Assembly (NCBI GenBank): GCA_050042755.1
Contig: JBHJJJ010000149.1
Span: 1-28,453 of the forward strand
Length of the DNA: 28,453 nucleotides
Source: Rivularia sp. (in: cyanobacteria)
Lineage (GTDB): Bacteria > Cyanobacteriota > Cyanobacteriia > Cyanobacteriales > Nostocaceae
Direction of reading: 5' to 3'
Shown one piece after another: positions 24,983 through 28,453 of the stretch; the stretch's first letter is position 1; every line of letters starts with the position of its first letter. A program made the translations under genes and the position numbers. The notes below the pieces were generated by a model. The model saw only the letters and a list, made by a program, of their open reading frames with translations. It made no database searches and was not told where the DNA came from.

Positions 24983-25419
24983 TATCAAATCCGTCTGCAT
25001 CGGAATTATATATTTTTTAACGCAAAGTTACGCCAAGGTAAACGCGGAGGGACACAGAGTTTTTTTCACACATACTTTTTATCATTCCGACGTAAACGGA
25101 AAAGATATAAGTCCTGTCTATGACAGTAGTTGACCATATCTAAAATACTAGGGTGATAGTAGTGCAATTGCTTCACTTTAGGCAAGCAAAAGTCTATCTG
25201 GAGGAAACTTACTTGGGTATGGATTGTAAGTAAAGAGATACTGCTCCAAGCAAAAGTAAAATTTTTCAGTAAACTAAGATATTAGTAGCTTGATTATCAC
25301 ATACTGATACAAGTTCTTGATAAACTATTTTTTGTAAGTCCCTTATTGAAAAAAATGTAAAAAGTTATAAAATTAACATTTTTAGATGATGGGTTCATAA
25401 ATGCCCTTAAGTCGTACTA

Positions 25420-25767
25420 ATGGAAGACGAATACGATTCAAAACAAAGTGATAGTTTGCCTTTTGCTCCAATGTGCCAAGGGTTGAAGTTATTTTGTGGC
25501 GAACAATCTCTACAATTAAATCTGAATTTTGCAAATCATGCTCTTATTCCATTATCTCAAGGAGAGGTTGGGGATGTTGTATGTATTATAGAAATTCAGA
25601 CCGTAAACTGCATCGACTATTTATTAAATATGGGATTGGTAGCTGGAACTGAATTGCAAATTATTAGTACAACTGCAACTGGTGATGTAGTTGTGAACTT
25701 TGATGATAAATGCCTGGGCTTGGGTGCAGATATGGCTAACGGCATTTTTGTCAGAAGATTTTCATAA
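25420..25767 (+). CDS. feoA: FeoA-domain protein (stand-alone, with N-terminal extension)
   Basis: C-terminal about 75 aa fit the FeoA SH3-like pattern: PLSQGEVGDVVCI...LLNMGLVAGTELQIIS...VVVNFDDKCLGLGADMANGIFV. Confidence 0.7.
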   Translation: MEDEYDSKQSDSLPFAPMCQGLKLFCGEQSLQLNLNFANHALIPLSQGEVGDVVCIIEIQTVNCIDYLLNMGLVAGTELQIISTTATGDVVVNFDDKCLGLGADMANGIFVRRFS

Positions 25768-26002
25768 TTACTTTTTAGTGATATCAATATTTTTGCTATA
25801 AGTTAGATAAATCCAACCCTCTTGCCCCCAAGCCCAGGGTGAATCATTTATATATATTTTTTTTAGAGCAATATTTATAATTGGTATTCCAATTCGCACA
25901 AATTGAGAATTATTAGTGATAAGTTAGTAAAACAAGTATTTATTACGATTGCAATCGTGACTTGAATAATTATTAAGATTTTTATTAATAAGGAGGAGTG
26001 TA

Positions 26003-26374
26003 ATGAGGGGTGATGATGATTTAGATAAAAGCCCCGAAAAATCACAATCTCAGGAATGGCAAGGATTTAAATTCTTTTGCAAAGACTCTGGTGAGGAGTT
26101 ATATGAGATTTCAAATTTTTCAGAATCTAATGACATTATTCCTCTATCCCAAGCAAGGGCGGGAGATATTGTCTTGATTGTAAAACTCATAAACATAGGC
26201 TGCGTTAAAGATTTGCGAAATATGGGGTTCCTTCCTCAAAAGGAGATTCAGGTTATCAGCCGTACTACCACTGAAACCGTCGTCGTTGTTTTAGAAAATC
26301 AACGTATAGGTTTAGGTAAAGACATGGCTAAGAGTATTTTAGTGAGAAAAGTAATAAAGGTAGAAGTACAATAG
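26003..26374 (+). CDS. feoA: FeoA-domain protein (second paralogue, with N-terminal extension)
   Basis: Strong RBS aaggagg. PLSQARAGDIVLI...LRNMGFLPQKEIQVIS...VVVVLENQRIGLGKDMAKSILV. Confidence 0.7.
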   Translation: MRGDDDLDKSPEKSQSQEWQGFKFFCKDSGEELYEISNFSESNDIIPLSQARAGDIVLIVKLINIGCVKDLRNMGFLPQKEIQVISRTTTETVVVVLENQRIGLGKDMAKSILVRKVIKVEVQ

Positions 26375-26480
26375 GCTGTCCCAAATTCAAAGATGATTGG
26401 GATAGATGAAATTTAGGGGATGTTTATCTAATAAGTCTCTCATAATCGACAATACAAAACCCTGCTCGTGGGAATAACCT

Positions 26481-26762
26481 ATGTTAACTATATGTTTTGC
26501 GTGCTTATGGATTTCGATGATGTTGATGTTTCTGATTAGTGCCCTACAAGCCTTGAAACATGGAATAACTCATCTAAAAAGACTGCATCAAGTCCCTTGC
26601 TCCAAATGTGATTTTTTTACTAATGACTATCGCCTGAAATGCACGGTGCATCCGATAAAATCATGTACCGAACAAGCAATTAATTGTGTTGACTTTGAAC
26701 CGAAAACTAAAGCTATTAATATTAAACAGCGTTCTTGGTGGAAGTTACGAAAATTTATTTAA
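26481..26762 (+). CDS. Small membrane protein with Cys-rich soluble domain (unknown function)
   Basis: One N-terminal TM helix (ICFACLWISMMLMFLISAL) followed by PCSKCDFF...KCTVHP...SC...NC, i.e. CxxC plus three further Cys. No family recognised. Confidence 0.45.
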   Translation: MLTICFACLWISMMLMFLISALQALKHGITHLKRLHQVPCSKCDFFTNDYRLKCTVHPIKSCTEQAINCVDFEPKTKAINIKQRSWWKLRKFI

Positions 26763-26783
26763 GGCGACAGAAAACTGCCGCCT
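26762..26783. terminator. Hairpin between convergent genes (possible bidirectional terminator)
   Basis: aggcgacag-aaaa-ctgccgcct, a 9-bp stem with one mismatch, located between the stop at 26760-26762 and the isiA stop at 26795-26797. Confidence 0.45.
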
Positions 26784-26794
26784 ATGGCTAAAAG

Positions 26795-27850
26795 CTAACT
26801 GAGAATACTTGTAGGGTTAACCATATCGTCGTTTTTAAAGTCAAACCCTGCTTCCGTTAAACGGGCACGGCTAGCATGCCATATATGTCCGCAAAGAAAT
26901 AGGCTTGCTAGAACAATATGAAAACTCACTAACCATCCTCTAGAAGATACTAAATCTGGAGAGGATTCTATCATCTTAGCCGCACCGTAAAATACTTCGG
27001 GATAAACGGTGTCATTGAAAAAGGCAAAAGTAGCAGCTAGAAAGCCCATGTATGCTAATGCGCCTAAACTATAAGATAAATAAGCCTCTCCAGACCAAAT
27101 TAATACTTTTTCTGCCCAGGCAAATGGCTTACTTTTGATGTGCCAAAAACCACCAGCAATGCATATTAAACCAACCCAAATATGACCGCCAACTACATCT
27201 TCTAAGTTATCGACAGCCGCCATACCAGTAGCGCCATGAACCGGAAATAAGTAGCTAAAAATTCTCAATGGGTTAAGTGTTGGATTAGTAATGACTCGCA
27301 CATCACCACCTGCTCCGACACTAGGATCAAATAATCAACCAACAAGCATTGCTTTTGCTACTAATAACCAGGCTCCGACACCTAAAAGGGTAAGATGAAT
27401 TCCTAAAATACTTGTCATCTTATCTTTGTCTTTCCAGTCGTAGCCAAAAAAGCCCCCAAAACTAGAGTTTTCTGGCAATACACTGGGTCCTCGCAATGAG
27501 TGGAACATACCACCTGCGCCTAAAACAGCTGAGGAAATTAAATGCAATACGCCAATTATGTAATAGGGTTGAATGTCAACTACTGTACCTCCAGCACCAA
27601 CACCCAAACCGAGGGTTGCTAAATGTGGTAGTAAAATTAACCCTTGTTCGTACATTGGTAATTCCGGGTTGAAGTTCGACAATTCAAACAATGTCATCGC
27701 ACCAGCCCAGAAGACTATCAAACCCGCATGAGCGACATGAGCACCCAGTAGTTTACCGGATAAGTTGAGCAAACGAGCATTACCACGATACCAGTCAACA
27801 TCCGTAAAGCTATATGTTTGACTTTGATTAGAAATGGAAGTTGCAGTCAT
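26795..27850 (-). pseudogene. isiA: Iron-stress-induced chlorophyll-binding protein IsiA (CP43') with a single in-frame TGA
   Basis: ORFs 27335..27850 and 26795..27301 share one frame. The minus-strand junction reads AKAMLVG-TGA-LFDPSVGAGGDVRVITNPTLNP. CP43-family helices are present but the large lumenal loop E of PsbC is absent (total about 351 codons). Adjacent to flavodoxin. Confidence 0.85.
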
Positions 27851-27946
27851 GAAATTTCTTCAGTCAATATTAGTTTTTACCGGAGTTACTCCGTTAAATT
27901 CATTGCCACGCTTTTGTGTCAGAAGAAGAAAACACTACTCAACTTA

Positions 27947-28453
27947 TCATCCGAAAGCTGATTTAACTTGAGCAGTCCAAGCTTTGATTCGTTCCTCGCT
28001 TAAATCGGATTGATTATCGTCATCAAGGGCAAGCCCACAAAATTTACCATCCCTCAACGCTTTAGATTCACTAAAATCATATCCATCGGTTGCCGTATAA
28101 CCGATAGTTTTTCCGCCTTTTTCGGAAATCTTTTCTTCTAATATTCCCATGGCATCTTGGAAGTTATCTCCGTAACCAATTTGGTCGCCGGTTCCGAAGT
28201 AAGCAACTGTTTTACCACTAAAATCAACCTCGTCGAGATCTTCAAAAAATCCTTCCCAATCGCTCTGAAGTTCCCCGATATTCCAAGTCGGACAGCCAAT
28301 AATCAGACATTCATAGTCATCAAAATCACTAGTTTCTGCATCCGCGATATCATGCATAGTGACACCATCACCAAAAGCATCCCGAATCATTTCTGCCGCA
28401 GATTCGGTTTTACCAGTTGTAGTACCGTAAAAAAGACCAATTTTTTTTGACAT
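27947..28453 (-). CDS. isiB: Long-chain flavodoxin
   Basis: MSKKIGLFYGTTTGKTES (FMN phosphate loop), IIGCPTWNIGELQSDWEG, YFGTGDQIGYGDNFQDA. 168 aa. Closely resembles Anabaena flavodoxin. The start codon sits at the window edge. Confidence 0.95.
   Translation of the reverse strand: MSKKIGLFYGTTTGKTESAAEMIRDAFGDGVTMHDIADAETSDFDDYECLIIGCPTWNIGELQSDWEGFFEDLDEVDFSGKTVAYFGTGDQIGYGDNFQDAMGILEEKISEKGGKTIGYTATDGYDFSESKALRDGKFCGLALDDDNQSDLSEERIKAWTAQVKSAFG

Overview
AT-rich chromosomal segment from a filamentous (Nostocales-type) cyanobacterium. Support for that origin: six perfect HIP1 octamers (GCGATCGC), a heptanucleotide tandem repeat, several MITE-like small dispersed repeats, a long-chain flavodoxin closely resembling Anabaena IsiB, and a CP43'-type isiA. 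All family calls come from motifs read by eye; no BLAST or HMM search was run.

Layout:
(1) 248-1294: an FbpC/PotA-type ABC ATPase.
(2) 1504-4601, minus strand: a three-gene cassette of ornithine/lysine cyclodeaminase-like, ectoine-hydroxylase-like Fe(II)/2OG dioxygenase and PAPS-type sulfotransferase.
(3) 5092-6078: a moaA gene interrupted only by two adjacent in-frame TAG codons.
(4) 6079-7088: a 1-kb ORF-free gap with an orphan intrinsic terminator.
(5) 7089-24661: eleven same-strand genes forming an uncharacterised oxidative carbohydrate island. They are two (alpha/alpha)6 glycosidase-like proteins, an FAD/3Fe-4S GMC dehydrogenase with its small subunit but a diiron ferritin-like protein where a cytochrome c is expected, an exported pentapeptide-repeat protein, an exported IolE-like dehydratase, an NTF2-like protein, a ketose-epimerase-like TIM barrel, a galactose-oxidase-type copper-radical oxidase and a DyP peroxidase.
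(6) 24662-25100: a repeat-dense spacer.
(7) 25420-28453: an iron-stress corner with two stand-alone FeoA-like genes, a Cys-rich small membrane protein, isiA carrying one in-frame TGA, and isiB.

No rRNA, tRNA, CRISPR array, IS transposase or phage gene was recognised.
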